Shown here piece after piece: positions 1 through 9,944 of a stretch of 41,897 nucleotides of DNA. This stretch comes from a virus. Its lineage: Duplodnaviria; Heunggongvirae; Uroviricota; Caudoviricetes. The translations under genes were made by a program, and so were the position numbers. The stretch covers positions 1 to 41,897 of IMG/VR virus record IMGVR_UViG_651053023_000011, one strand, 5' to 3'. Below the pieces are notes generated by a model. That model was given only the letters and a program-made list of their open reading frames with translations, did not search any database and was not told the DNA's origin. Position 1 is the first letter of the stretch; each line of letters opens with the position of its first letter.

Positions 1-567
1 TTATTCCACTATAAAATTCCTAACCGAATTCAAATCCCCCAGACTGCTCAGTTCCTCTTTCAATTCACGCTGACGTTGATAAATCTCGTCATTGCGATCG
101 ACCTGAGCCTGCGCCATTGCAGTAAGCAGCTCATCCAGTTTCTGCATCGACAGTTTCACCTGCTGGTTTTCCGCATCGCCCCATACCATGGTTTTTCGCG
201 CTGTGTCAGACTTTGATGCCATTACTGCCGGATAAAGGCGGGCCAGTGAGTCGGGGCCAGCGTTCCAGGTGCGGCCGTTCCATTCGAACGTGAACGGCTG
301 CGCTTCCTGTTCTGTGCGCCATACCTCAATTTCTCGTTTTTTAGCGTCCTTTGCTGCTTCCAGCATTTCAGGCGTAACAGTGAACGGGGCGATTTCGCCC
401 CATTTGCCGCTTTTCAGTTCCTGCCAGATTTGCTGGCCTGTCGTCGCGGTGTCTTCTGGCGTGGCTGTGTACGGAAGCGGGTCTTCCATTCCTTCAAACA
501 GCACGTCGCAGTCAATCGCACCGGACTCGGTGTAGCGGGGACTGGTGATTTTTTTAATTTGCATCAT
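1..567 (-). CDS. tail fibre assembly protein (Tfa-like chaperone)
   Basis: 188-aa ORF overlapping the upstream fibre gene by 4 nt; position and sequence typical of lambdoid Tfa chaperones; window begins at its stop codon. Confidence 0.7.
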   Translation of the reverse strand: MMQIKKITSPRYTESGAIDCDVLFEGMEDPLPYTATPEDTATTGQQIWQELKSGKWGEIAPFTVTPEMLEAAKDAKKREIEVWRTEQEAQPFTFEWNGRTWNAGPDSLARLYPAVMASKSDTARKTMVWGDAENQQVKLSMQKLDELLTAMAQAQVDRNDEIYQRQRELKEELSSLGDLNSVRNFIVE

Positions 568-2558
568 GAAACCCTCACAAACAAAGAAACCAGCCCCCGA
601 TTATAAAACGTGACATCCGGGCCTCCTGATAAAGCGAGATATGTGCCAGGCAGGGTACTTCCGTAGACAAATGACCTGGCAGCGGCACTAAATCCTGAAC
701 CGCGATACTCAGCTTCGAAGACCACCTGCCGGAGCCTTGATCCCGGCACAGGTTGCGTACGAAGTAATGTGACATCACTGCTGCCGCTATCTGGCAGGTA
801 TGCGGCAAGAACCAGGCTACCCGGTTGCGGAGCGCGCTGTGATGTAGTATCTCCTGCACATAACAGTTGTATCAGTCGGTCGCGTGACCAGAATAGCCGC
901 GACCATGCCCCGGGAAGTGTCGCCGAAGACATTGATTTTGTAACCAATACCTGATACTTAGCCGGCCCCTCACCAGTAGCGCCGCTGTATTCGGCATCGC
1001 CATGAAAAGTTATCCACCGGCCTGTTTCTGATTCAATACCGCCTGAACCAATTCCGCATCGTATTTCTATATCTACAAGCCCCCTGAAATAGGGTTGCCC
1101 CCCATCATAAGCAATGATGGGATTATATGAAATGCCACTCCCTCCATATTGTGTTACCGCGTAACGCCCGGGGGTGACTTCGAACACCCATTTCAGAAAT
1201 TCGGCAGGGCCATTTTTGGCGCTGAAATACACCACTTCCGACGAAGAGAACACATGCCCGTATCCGAACGCCCCCGGCAGCGCAACACGGCCTTCCGTGC
1301 TGTCGTAAAGGTCTGTCTGAATGTCCTTTACCGCTGCGCTTTTCAGCTCAAGCTCATTGCGCATGGCTTCCACTGTGGCCTGCGCCAGCAGTGACCGGGC
1401 TTTTTCTGACAGCGGAGACAGTGAAGCATTCCCGTCCTGATTAAAGCACAGAAGGTTATCTGCCCGTTCTTCCAGATTGCTGATTGCGGTTAACACGTCG
1501 CTGAGTGGTTGTTTACCCGCCAGCGCATTCATGATTGTTGTCGCAAAGTTCGGGTCATTACCCAGCGCCGCTGCCAGCTCATTCAGCGTGTCCAGGGCTT
1601 CCGGGGACGAGTCAACCAGCGCAGCAAGCAGTTTGCGGACAAACGCCACGTTCGCCATCTCCAGCCCGACGGCATCATCCGGTGGTGTTGGTGTGGTGGG
1701 CGTGCCGGTGAACGCCGGGCTGTCCAGCGGTGCTTTTGTTTTCGTCTCGTCCATGACGGTTTTGACAGCCTTTGGTGTGGCTGCCAGCTCTTCGCTGTCG
1801 TTGTCCGTATCACTACAGAGTTGCACCAGGCCTTTTTCTGTCGTGGAAGCATTGCTTCCCTTCAGGTCATCAACTATCCGTTGCGCCTCGTCCTTATGCT
1901 GTTTCGCGTTCTGCTCGCTTTTTGCTGCCGCTTCGGCGCTGGCTTTTGCCTCGCCGGTCAGCGTTGCAGCTTCACCGAGTTTATCGACCGCTTTCTTGAC
2001 TATCGTGTCGGCATCCTTGACGGCCTGCTCTGCGCGGGCGGCATCCTGTGTGGCAGATGATGCCAGCTGTGCCACCTGCTTTTTATCTTTGGCAACGGCT
2101 TCTGCATTCTGCTGTACGTTATCCGCCAGCGTCTCGCAGTCGCTCTTAATTTGTTGCGCATCAGCGACGTGTTGCCCGGCCTGTTGTTCGCTTTCCGCTG
2201 CCGCTTCCGCGCTCTGCTGCGCCTGCGCCACCATTTCCTCAAAGCGCTTCACCACGTCGGGTTTGAGGTCGCCTTCATCAAGGGCAGTCAGAAAGTCGTT
2301 CAGCGTACCGGGCCTGGAGTCGTCGTATACAGCAATGTCGCCAACACAGTACTCGTCGCGCCAGTCCTGCTTCAGATATACGCAATATTTTCCGGTTTGC
2401 GCCTTAAAACAGTACTCGCCACAGTTTCCTGTCACCACGTCGGCAACTGTGCGCATCACCACTTCTGAGGTGTTTACCCGGGATTTCAGAATTATGTGGC
2501 ATCCGGACATGGGGATGCCTGCGCCATCTATCAGCGCACCTGATATCACTACAGACAT
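564..2558 (-). CDS. side tail fibre protein (second fibre cassette)
   Basis: 664-aa ORF with Ala/Gln/Glu-rich shaft and motifs (ATPKAVKTVMDET, ALVDSSPEALDTLNELAAALGNDPNFA) typical of lambdoid side tail fibres. Confidence 0.75.
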   Translation of the reverse strand: MSVVISGALIDGAGIPMSGCHIILKSRVNTSEVVMRTVADVVTGNCGEYCFKAQTGKYCVYLKQDWRDEYCVGDIAVYDDSRPGTLNDFLTALDEGDLKPDVVKRFEEMVAQAQQSAEAAAESEQQAGQHVADAQQIKSDCETLADNVQQNAEAVAKDKKQVAQLASSATQDAARAEQAVKDADTIVKKAVDKLGEAATLTGEAKASAEAAAKSEQNAKQHKDEAQRIVDDLKGSNASTTEKGLVQLCSDTDNDSEELAATPKAVKTVMDETKTKAPLDSPAFTGTPTTPTPPDDAVGLEMANVAFVRKLLAALVDSSPEALDTLNELAAALGNDPNFATTIMNALAGKQPLSDVLTAISNLEERADNLLCFNQDGNASLSPLSEKARSLLAQATVEAMRNELELKSAAVKDIQTDLYDSTEGRVALPGAFGYGHVFSSSEVVYFSAKNGPAEFLKWVFEVTPGRYAVTQYGGSGISYNPIIAYDGGQPYFRGLVDIEIRCGIGSGGIESETGRWITFHGDAEYSGATGEGPAKYQVLVTKSMSSATLPGAWSRLFWSRDRLIQLLCAGDTTSQRAPQPGSLVLAAYLPDSGSSDVTLLRTQPVPGSRLRQVVFEAEYRGSGFSAAARSFVYGSTLPGTYLALSGGPDVTFYNRGLVSLFVRVS

Positions 2559-2581
2559 AGTTTTTCTCGCGATAAATTAAA

Positions 2582-3127
2582 TCAGGAAGAGGCTTCCGGA
2601 GAGACGGGCCATTCAATGGCGTTATATGAGGTTTTATCAGTGATAATGTTGAAATCCATCGCCTGCAGCGATTTCGCGTAAATGCGGTACGCTTTCAGTT
2701 TCTCCCTGTCTTCGTCACTGATTAATCCCAGCAGCAGGTCTTTTTCCCATTCGCTGGTCATGATGCTGGCCTGTTTTAACAGTGCATCACGCTCATCTTC
2801 CGCTTTAAGTTTGTAGTCAAAAACAAATTCATCATTGCGGTAGAACCAGTAACCAGGCGCGGTAATACGGCGATTGGCGGTAATATCCGGAACTTCAATA
2901 ACACTGGCGTTACGGGGTTCAATGCCTGTCACATCCTTACCGACCCACACCACGCGCCCGTCCCCGGAGTAAACCATTTTTATTGTGTCACTGGCAAAGT
3001 TCTTCTGTTCTTCATACCAGTTTTTGCCGTCTTCCGAAAAAAGCCAGGTGACACCATATTGTTTTGTCAGTTGATATTGTTCCGCGGTTTTCGGATTACC
3101 CGCAGTAATATTTTTTAAATGTAACAT
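2582..3127 (-). CDS. tail fibre assembly protein (Tfa-like chaperone)
   Basis: 181-aa ORF directly downstream of the first fibre gene; fibre-chaperone position. Confidence 0.65.
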   Translation of the reverse strand: MLHLKNITAGNPKTAEQYQLTKQYGVTWLFSEDGKNWYEEQKNFASDTIKMVYSGDGRVVWVGKDVTGIEPRNASVIEVPDITANRRITAPGYWFYRNDEFVFDYKLKAEDERDALLKQASIMTSEWEKDLLLGLISDEDREKLKAYRIYAKSLQAMDFNIITDKTSYNAIEWPVSPEASS

Positions 3128-3129
3128 TG

Positions 3130-4314
3130 TTAAACACTCGCCACGTTATACCAGGTGCCATTAATCAGTTTCTGAAGCGGACGGTAATACACGCCGCCGA
3201 TGTTATCTGCCGAATTACTTCCGGTTTCCTGCACATTAATACCGGATAACCCGTGGCCTGAAGGTGAGCGAAATGTCCAGGATACCTGGTTACCTCCCGG
3301 GTTGTAATACATTTCGGAACCATAACGCACATCCTGCACGCCGCCATTTCGCTGCTGATAGCGGGCATCAAAGTTTCCGTAGTTTGATGGAACCATCTGC
3401 CCGTTTACGGCAAACGTTATGCTGTTATCCGTATTCCTCTGACTGTAAAAATGCCAGCCAGAATCATCACCAAGCTCTGCAACAACAGGCCTTGAGGAAT
3501 TTCCCCATAGATTAAATCTTGCACTCTTCGTGGAAGAACTGTCACACGACAGCGTGAACTTTCTTAAATTGCCGGTCGAGAGATTTTCTAATGCCAGCAC
3601 ACCGTTTTTTGTAAAACGAAAGGCGTTGTGTCCCTCTGCAAACACATTAATAACACCGCGTCCGCCCCACTTAAAACCGGTATTGCTATCACAGAGCGTG
3701 AGTGATTTTTCACCCAGATTGTTCTCATTACCGATGCCAATCCTGTCACCAATAACCACATCGCCCTGGCGCAGGTTAATGGAAATGGGCCGCAGTGGGC
3801 CAATATCGCCATTCTCGCCCTGACCTTCACTGGTAGGGATAAGGTGCAGGCACTCTTCCGAGCGACGAAAAATCAGACCAAAGGCTTCGTTGAAAATCCT
3901 CAGCGCATTAACACCACGGATTTTCAGTTCCCCGGTCATGGTGTCACCATCACGCTGAACGGCATTTTTTGCCTTATCCACCGTAGGTTTTAATCCGAGG
4001 TTTTCAACAGCCTCATCCTTATCTTCCACATCCGAAAGGTTATTTTTTATCAGCAATGCCTCTTCGTTAATCGCACCGCCCACCAGTAATAATATGGCTT
4101 TATATAGCTGATCGTGTTCTTCTTTATTCAGTTCTATCCCGGCTTTCTCAATGACACCACAGATTTCCTCCTGAATGGCATCCCACATGGCACTGTTCAG
4201 CCAGGTGGCAAGGCGTCCTGTGCGAAGATTTCCGTCAGTAAATCCGTTCTTGCCCGGGCCAAACTTATCTTTTACCGCTGTCAGCGTATCAATCCTGTGC
4301 ATCTTCATCCTCAT
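3130..4314 (-). CDS. tail fibre protein (Mu S / P2 H-type N-terminus, Stf-like distal domain)
   Basis: 394-aa ORF; N-terminal region resembles baseplate-attachment domain of myovirus fibres, C-terminus (NLWGNSSRPVVAELGDDSGWHFYSQRNTD...INGTWYNVASV) resembles lambdoid Stf tips; true start may be an internal Met a few codons in. Confidence 0.7.
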   Translation of the reverse strand: MRMKMHRIDTLTAVKDKFGPGKNGFTDGNLRTGRLATWLNSAMWDAIQEEICGVIEKAGIELNKEEHDQLYKAILLLVGGAINEEALLIKNNLSDVEDKDEAVENLGLKPTVDKAKNAVQRDGDTMTGELKIRGVNALRIFNEAFGLIFRRSEECLHLIPTSEGQGENGDIGPLRPISINLRQGDVVIGDRIGIGNENNLGEKSLTLCDSNTGFKWGGRGVINVFAEGHNAFRFTKNGVLALENLSTGNLRKFTLSCDSSSTKSARFNLWGNSSRPVVAELGDDSGWHFYSQRNTDNSITFAVNGQMVPSNYGNFDARYQQRNGGVQDVRYGSEMYYNPGGNQVSWTFRSPSGHGLSGINVQETGSNSADNIGGVYYRPLQKLINGTWYNVASV

Positions 4315-4879
4315 CTGGATAGGAAAATAAAACGACAGTATGTGACGGACATAATTTATTAATCACGCACTCCGCAACCGTATCCCCCCACGTCCGGATC
4401 GGTGTGTTGCAGGCGTCCGTGCATGTCTGCCACTGAGCACCGGCATCCACCGGCAACGTCACACGCCAGAAATAACGCCAGCGATCCCCCCATTCCGGAT
4501 CGGGGCTTGCATCCAGATTCTGGAACTGTTCGATCGTCACGCCGGTATATCCCAGCGCCTCAAGCTGATCCAGGAAAAACTGCTCATTTATGCCGCCAGC
4601 TACATTGGCTTTTGCTTCAAGACGTTGCTGGCGCTGGCGTAATGTCTGGGTTCCGACAGGAGAACAGGAATCAGGTAAACCATACAATTTTTCATAACGT
4701 TCAATCAGCTCTGTGGACTGACCGGGATCGATTTCAATCACCAGTTCATCAGCCCGCTGGTGAACACGCACAAGCGATGGAGCCAGACCGTCAAGTACAC
4801 CGTCGGTATCTGACCATGCAGGTCCCGGCGGCATCAGGCCATACAACAATTTTGTATAATCATCCTGTAACGTATCCAT
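4289..4879 (-). CDS. baseplate/tail protein, Mu gp48-like (DUF2313-type)
   Basis: 196-aa ORF in conserved position after baseplate J gene; start overlaps upstream stop. Confidence 0.65.
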   Translation of the reverse strand: MDTLQDDYTKLLYGLMPPGPAWSDTDGVLDGLAPSLVRVHQRADELVIEIDPGQSTELIERYEKLYGLPDSCSPVGTQTLRQRQQRLEAKANVAGGINEQFFLDQLEALGYTGVTIEQFQNLDASPDPEWGDRWRYFWRVTLPVDAGAQWQTCTDACNTPIRTWGDTVAECVINKLCPSHTVVLFSYPDEDEDAQD

Positions 4880-5961
4880 TATTTACTCCTTACCGGGTCA
4901 TAAGCCTGCCATGTGATCTCCCCGAGTACCGGAAGCTCAGTTTCCCCCAGGTCAATATCCGATGAAGGGTCGATGAGTCGATGGGCCACCTCGCCTGCAG
5001 ATAAACTGATAGCCTCGCTGATTCTGGACAGATACATGCGCCCTTCCGGCACACCATCCCGGAACATCAGCGCATTCAGTTCTGATTTTATTGCCGCCCT
5101 GATTTGCGGTGTGTCTTTCGATAACGCAATCGTCATCGGGATAACTTTTTCTGTGGCACCGAATACATACAATCCGCTTCCGGCAACAGGTGCCAGAGGA
5201 AGGATGTGGTCCCTGACTGCGTTAATCACGCTTTCATCCGGGGCCGGGTGTTCAGGATCGTTCGTCGCCACCATCACGCCAACCGTTCCAATACCTTTCC
5301 AGTGTCTGAAAGTCCATGCACGGTTAATACCCTGAACTTCTTTCGCCCAGATAACATAATCAGGATCTGCGCCCCCCTGTGGAATGTAGTAATAACGTTC
5401 CATAACGCGGGCACGCCATATTTCCAGATTTTCAATATCTTCACCGTCTGTAATGGTGTCAGCGTATCCTGTGGACGGCAGACCACTGACGGGTGTTCCC
5501 AGCTGCATGGCAATACCATCATCCGTATTCCCCGCCGATCCCGGTTCGTCTGCCACAACAGGCACCCGGAGAAGACCATCGGCTGCGGTCACCGTCGCCG
5601 TCGTGGTGAAGGTCACCTGATCATCACGCTGGATCTGCGTTCCCGCTGGCAATACCGGCGTCCCCTCTACGCCATCCCAGCGCACAAATCCCCGGGCTGC
5701 CACCGCATCTTTTCGCGGGCAGCGTTTGATTCTGGCGTGCCGGTACAACCAGTCTTCATCACACATGTCCGGCAACAGATTTCTGGCAAGATAATCGATA
5801 TACCCGTACAACGTGTGTACGGCTGCAGCCTGTACACGGGCATACACTTCCGCATCCATACGACGAAGCAGCGTATCCTGCTCAAAGCGGGTTAATAAAT
5901 CGCTCCGGATCATAGAAATAAGTTGCGGAAGGCCGGGGCGATAAAACTGACTGTCAGCCAT
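4879..5961 (-). CDS. baseplate J-like protein (Mu gp47-like)
   Basis: 360-aa ORF; size, position and sequence consistent with baseplate J family. Confidence 0.75.
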   Translation of the reverse strand: MADSQFYRPGLPQLISMIRSDLLTRFEQDTLLRRMDAEVYARVQAAAVHTLYGYIDYLARNLLPDMCDEDWLYRHARIKRCPRKDAVAARGFVRWDGVEGTPVLPAGTQIQRDDQVTFTTTATVTAADGLLRVPVVADEPGSAGNTDDGIAMQLGTPVSGLPSTGYADTITDGEDIENLEIWRARVMERYYYIPQGGADPDYVIWAKEVQGINRAWTFRHWKGIGTVGVMVATNDPEHPAPDESVINAVRDHILPLAPVAGSGLYVFGATEKVIPMTIALSKDTPQIRAAIKSELNALMFRDGVPEGRMYLSRISEAISLSAGEVAHRLIDPSSDIDLGETELPVLGEITWQAYDPVRSK

Positions 5962-6367
5962 TCAGTTCACTCCAGATATCATCAAAAATAATGTTGTGAA
6001 TATTGCCGTCACGCTGGTAAATGGTAATGGCAAGTGCCAGCGAGTCTGTCCCGGTCCGGACAGCGTTAATATCAAGACGGGAAGCAACACCATCCTCCAC
6101 CATCCACGCCAGCGCCTCACGGGCATAATCTCTGGCAAGCTGCGGGGTTTTATTTGTCAGCTTGCTGCGTCGCAACAGATACAGACGCGACCCCGTGCGA
6201 TCATTCTGAACCGCAGGCCAGGTATCTCCCCACCATCCAAATATCTGCGGTGCATCATCATCCCGCCCGGCACGCCGCCAGGTAAAAAGCGAAATAATCA
6301 CAGCACGCGTCAGAAGGTCGAGCGAAGCCCCGGTCGACACGGATCGCCCGTTAACATTAATCATCAT
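5954..6367 (-). CDS. baseplate protein, Mu gp46-like
   Basis: 137-aa ORF between gp45-like and gp47-like genes; overlapping start/stop. Confidence 0.65.
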   Translation of the reverse strand: MMINVNGRSVSTGASLDLLTRAVIISLFTWRRAGRDDDAPQIFGWWGDTWPAVQNDRTGSRLYLLRRSKLTNKTPQLARDYAREALAWMVEDGVASRLDINAVRTGTDSLALAITIYQRDGNIHNIIFDDIWSELNG

Positions 6368-6372
6368 GATTT

Positions 6373-6906
6373 TCAGCCCATCGGTTGATCTGGCGTGTCA
6401 GTGATCCCACCACCATCACCATTTTCGGTGTGTTTGTGGGCATTGTAGGTCTGCCGCATTTGCTGCATGCTGAGTCCGCCACTGTCGCAATTGTCAGTAA
6501 TATCAGCGGTGGATTCGACAGGCATTTCAAAGCGCGCTTTAGGCGCGTTTTGAAAAATAATGGGCTTCCCGCCCCCGTTCACCACAATACCGGAACGAGT
6601 CAGGACAACGGATTGCCCCTGATCGTCATAAAGCGCCACTTCCCCACGTTTCAGTCCTTTCAACCGGTAACGTCTGTCAGCCACGACCACAACCACACCA
6701 TGAGAACGATCGCCCGCCGGGAATAAAGCAACGCCCTCAGCACCGTTATGTGCAGCAGATGTAAAACCATAAGGCTCAAGGTGCTCAACGTGTTGTTTCT
6801 GATCTCCGGCTATCATTTTCAACCCTACAGACTGACACTTTCTGGCTGAATCCACCGCCGTGATGACAGCCCGGGAAATCAGATTGCGAAGAGAAAACCC
6901 GTTCAT
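6373..6906 (-). CDS. baseplate assembly protein V / spike (Mu gp45-like)
   Basis: 177-aa ORF with strong RBS (GAGGAGG) upstream; gpV-like sequence. Confidence 0.7.
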   Translation of the reverse strand: MNGFSLRNLISRAVITAVDSARKCQSVGLKMIAGDQKQHVEHLEPYGFTSAAHNGAEGVALFPAGDRSHGVVVVVADRRYRLKGLKRGEVALYDDQGQSVVLTRSGIVVNGGGKPIIFQNAPKARFEMPVESTADITDNCDSGGLSMQQMRQTYNAHKHTENGDGGGITDTPDQPMG

Positions 6907-7960
6907 CAGAAATCCTCCTCAACATTTTTTTCTTCCTGCCGGTAACAGGCTCGGGGAGATAAGCATCTGCCGGGCCAACCCGTAATTCAGTCGTCGTGCC
7001 CCGGTCGTCCTGGTTATAGGTGACTTCTGCGATCACCAGTTCATCATTATCAAAATTATTCAGCGGGTCGAAAACGATGACAGATAACCCCGGACGCCAT
7101 AACGCGCCACTGCCCTGCCGCCAGCCCTGAACCGTATATGTTGTCTCACGGGTAAGCGCAGCCCGTTGACGCGCTTCAAATTCACAACGGGCCTTACAGG
7201 TTGCTGTCGTTGCTGTGCCTGACTGCTGAATCAACAAAGGGCGATAACGGGTCACACCACTGTCCTGAATGGTCTGACGTATTGCGGCAATGGTGGCCTC
7301 ACCAAAATCATCATCGTTGCCCGGGCGCTGCCCACTGACCTGATATTCAGAAAACCGCTCTCTGATGCTTCTTTCCGTATCACAGGAAAGAATATTCTCT
7401 CCCAGCACCAGTGCTGTCGCCGCTTTGCCTGTTCCGGTTTTCCCCAGAACCAGTCGACCGCATTCATCGTCATAAGCCAGCGTCTGAACCTGCCCCAGCA
7501 ACCGGTTAAGACAATCGGCAACGGTTTCGCCGTGTTCCGGCTGGGCATCAATCACCGCTGTCTGCGGCACACCGGCGTCAACAACGGTGATGCCAAATGG
7601 CGCAGCCAGTTCACTGACGATTCTGAGCAGGTTTTTTCCGCTCTGCTGGACTGGCAAAGCAGAGCAGTCAACCAGATCGGCTGTTTTGCTTCGCCCGACA
7701 ATTCCCATGCTGACGCTGCTGGCGTCATAACGAAGCGGTAGAGCCTCCACATATCCGGTGAGCACGGGCTCATCCCCGATAAGCACTTCAACCAGCTCAC
7801 CATTTTTTATCCGGGGCTGATAATCCCGGCTTCCGGGCCAGCGGGTGGTAATGGCAACATTAAAATCCCGGGCAATACGGTTAATGCCCGCACTGATTCG
7901 GACGGATGTCCAGCCGCCCCATTCGCGACCAGAAACCCGAAGTAAAACGGTATTATTCAT
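6785..7960 (-). CDS. baseplate hub protein, Mu gp44 (P)-like / late control D family
   Basis: 391-aa ORF; its last ~40 codons overrun the gp45-like start; one extra base in the T7 run (~6925-6931) would end it exactly at the gp45 start. Confidence 0.7.
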   Translation of the reverse strand: MNNTVLLRVSGREWGGWTSVRISAGINRIARDFNVAITTRWPGSRDYQPRIKNGELVEVLIGDEPVLTGYVEALPLRYDASSVSMGIVGRSKTADLVDCSALPVQQSGKNLLRIVSELAAPFGITVVDAGVPQTAVIDAQPEHGETVADCLNRLLGQVQTLAYDDECGRLVLGKTGTGKAATALVLGENILSCDTERSIRERFSEYQVSGQRPGNDDDFGEATIAAIRQTIQDSGVTRYRPLLIQQSGTATTATCKARCEFEARQRAALTRETTYTVQGWRQGSGALWRPGLSVIVFDPLNNFDNDELVIAEVTYNQDDRGTTTELRVGPADAYLPEPVTGRKKKMLRRISDERVFSSQSDFPGCHHGGGFSQKVSVCRVENDSRRSETTR

Positions 7961-9348
7961 CTGACGGGTACCCTTAATGCCCTGATCGGAACAAAGCCCG
8001 GATGGGAGATGGCATTTCGATCCAGGATATCAGTTTCACGGGACGCATCGTCGTACCATGACGCAGCCAGAACAAGCGCAGGAAGAACCTCCGCTGGCGT
8101 TCGCTCTGCGGTCTCCTCCGTCTGAACCAGACGGGCCTGAATATCCCGGTTCAGTTCTGTACGTAATGACGTCAGCTGAAAAAACAGCCTGTCATCCGCC
8201 GCACGCCTGAGCTCCTGTTCAATCGCCGCGTTCAGCGATTCGCGTATGATGGTGAGATTTTCCCGCGTGGGTGGTTGCGCGGTCTCATCCTGCTCTGTGC
8301 TGGCTGCCACGCTGTCAAGCGCCGGATGAGAAACATGAATGATATCGGACTGACGTTCAGTGGAACCACCAACAGCCACAACCGCCTGCTGATTTTTCAC
8401 CAGACTTCCGGGTTGCGGCAGTGAAGTGACCGCCCTTGCAGCCTCGCTGATTGCCGTCGTCCGGATGACTGCAGCCACCAGATTTGTCTGCTGTTTTTGC
8501 CTGACAACCGATGCGGAATCTGTGGGCCACACAGCACGCGGTGCCAGTCCTGGATCCAGCGTAATACCTGACATTGTCGTTATGGACTGCACCAGATCCT
8601 GTGTGTTACCCACCAGTCTGGTTCCTGCCCGCCAGGTATCCTGCAACGTATGCACAAAATCACTGGCAACCGACGGCGGCATCAGAATGACGGATAAATC
8701 GCCCTGCAGTAGTCTCGCTCCGGCAGAAACAGCCGAATTAACCATTTTGAAAGCTGTCTGAACGGTTCCCAGCATATCGGTTGCCCGGGCAATAACATCG
8801 TTCTGAATAAAGTCCGATATTCCCGCGAGATCAAAATCGCCGAACATGTCTTCAATCAGCTCATCCAGGAATCCGGACGACTCCTCCAGTTTTCTGGCGG
8901 TTGCGGCTCCGGCGACCGGGAATGACAGTTCCCCGCTCTCAACAAACTGAAATGAAACCCGGCACATACGGCCTTCCGTGCTGGAATGAGAAACGGTCAC
9001 CTGTCCGTCAATACAACCCTGCATTTCACCGAACTGCGGATGGATCAGTGTCCCCGGCCCGGCGGTTTCAATCGCGGTAATCAGCCTGTCGCGCTGCTCT
9101 GCGTAATCATCACCAACGAGATACGCATTAATCGTCAGCCGTCGCGTGGCACGCCCGAGATCTTCCGTGTACGGTTTGTCACGGTTTGGGTATTCATGGA
9201 CCTGAACGCGGCGTCCGAACGAACCCTCGTCGCTTTCCACCGAAAACGGAACGCCACGAAATGAAGCATCGTAAAGATTATCGCGCCAATTGATACCTGA
9301 AGATGCAGAAAGGAGTGAAGAAAGAGAAGGTAAAGAAGGTAAGTCCAT
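7957..9348 (-). CDS. DNA circularization protein N-like (Mu gp43-like)
   Basis: 463-aa ORF between tape measure and baseplate hub genes; N-like sequence. Confidence 0.65.
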   Translation of the reverse strand: MDLPSLPSLSSLLSASSGINWRDNLYDASFRGVPFSVESDEGSFGRRVQVHEYPNRDKPYTEDLGRATRRLTINAYLVGDDYAEQRDRLITAIETAGPGTLIHPQFGEMQGCIDGQVTVSHSSTEGRMCRVSFQFVESGELSFPVAGAATARKLEESSGFLDELIEDMFGDFDLAGISDFIQNDVIARATDMLGTVQTAFKMVNSAVSAGARLLQGDLSVILMPPSVASDFVHTLQDTWRAGTRLVGNTQDLVQSITTMSGITLDPGLAPRAVWPTDSASVVRQKQQTNLVAAVIRTTAISEAARAVTSLPQPGSLVKNQQAVVAVGGSTERQSDIIHVSHPALDSVAASTEQDETAQPPTRENLTIIRESLNAAIEQELRRAADDRLFFQLTSLRTELNRDIQARLVQTEETAERTPAEVLPALVLAASWYDDASRETDILDRNAISHPGFVPIRALRVPVR

Positions 9349-9361
9349 ACTGTCTCCACTA

Positions 9362-9386
9362 TAAAAAAACCGCCAATTTCTGGCGG
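9362..9386 (-). terminator. rho-independent terminator after secreted-protein gene
   Basis: Dyad CCGCCA/TGGCGG with 5-nt loop followed on the minus strand by a T7 run. Confidence 0.5.
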
Positions 9387-9394
9387 CTTATATA

Positions 9395-9877
9395 TTAATC
9401 ATCACTAATATCTTTCATATTCAATTTGCAATTTTCGTAGGTCACTCCAGACTCGCCATTAACATTAACTCCAGCTCTGATATTCCCGTTTTCTTTTACA
9501 TCTACAAAAAACTGGCCTCTTGGCATCTTGAACACAAATGTAAAACCAACGGTATCTGAATCAAAATCATCATCTTTATATATTGGGATCAGATGTGTCA
9601 TCGTCGCTGGTGATGCATTGTTTGCAAAATCAAATACACCTATACTTTTGCCGAATTCATAAGAAGCTTTTCTCAATATAATCGCACCGCTGGCAGAAGG
9701 GGATGGGCACGATATCCTCAGTTGTCTGAATCCATCTGTATCCAAGTCAACATCATTATATGCAGATGCTTTAACGTTATTAACAAATCGTGAAGCAATC
9801 TCCGCATTTGTTAGTGTTTTCGCCTGAGCACAGCAAGAGGTTAATATTGCAACTGTCATTAAAAATGGCTTTATCAC
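9395..9877 (-). CDS. secreted protein of unknown function (moron in tail operon)
   Basis: 160-aa ORF with N-terminal signal peptide (MIKPFLMTVAILTSCCAQA/K); GTG start with GGAG upstream; visibly AT-rich relative to flanks; own terminator. Confidence 0.6.
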   Translation of the reverse strand: MIKPFLMTVAILTSCCAQAKTLTNAEIASRFVNNVKASAYNDVDLDTDGFRQLRISCPSPSASGAIILRKASYEFGKSIGVFDFANNASPATMTHLIPIYKDDDFDSDTVGFTFVFKMPRGQFFVDVKENGNIRAGVNVNGESGVTYENCKLNMKDISDD

Positions 9878-9944
9878 AAAACAAACTCCATTGTTAGCAT
9901 GTTACGCGATAATTTTGCCTCATCTCTCACCACAAAAAAAGAAT

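Noticed and set aside
1477-2580. Long + strand ORF (367 aa) and several shorter ORFs antisense to the tail fibre gene
   Set aside because: Low-complexity Ala/Ser/Cys-rich translation of the reverse strand of the fibre shaft; no RBS; fully inside a well-supported gene.
1-4314. Invertible tail fibre segment (Mu G-segment-like) with invertase
   Set aside because: Both fibre cassettes lie in the same orientation, no flanking inverted crossover repeats or invertase gene seen; an invertase could lie beyond the left edge.
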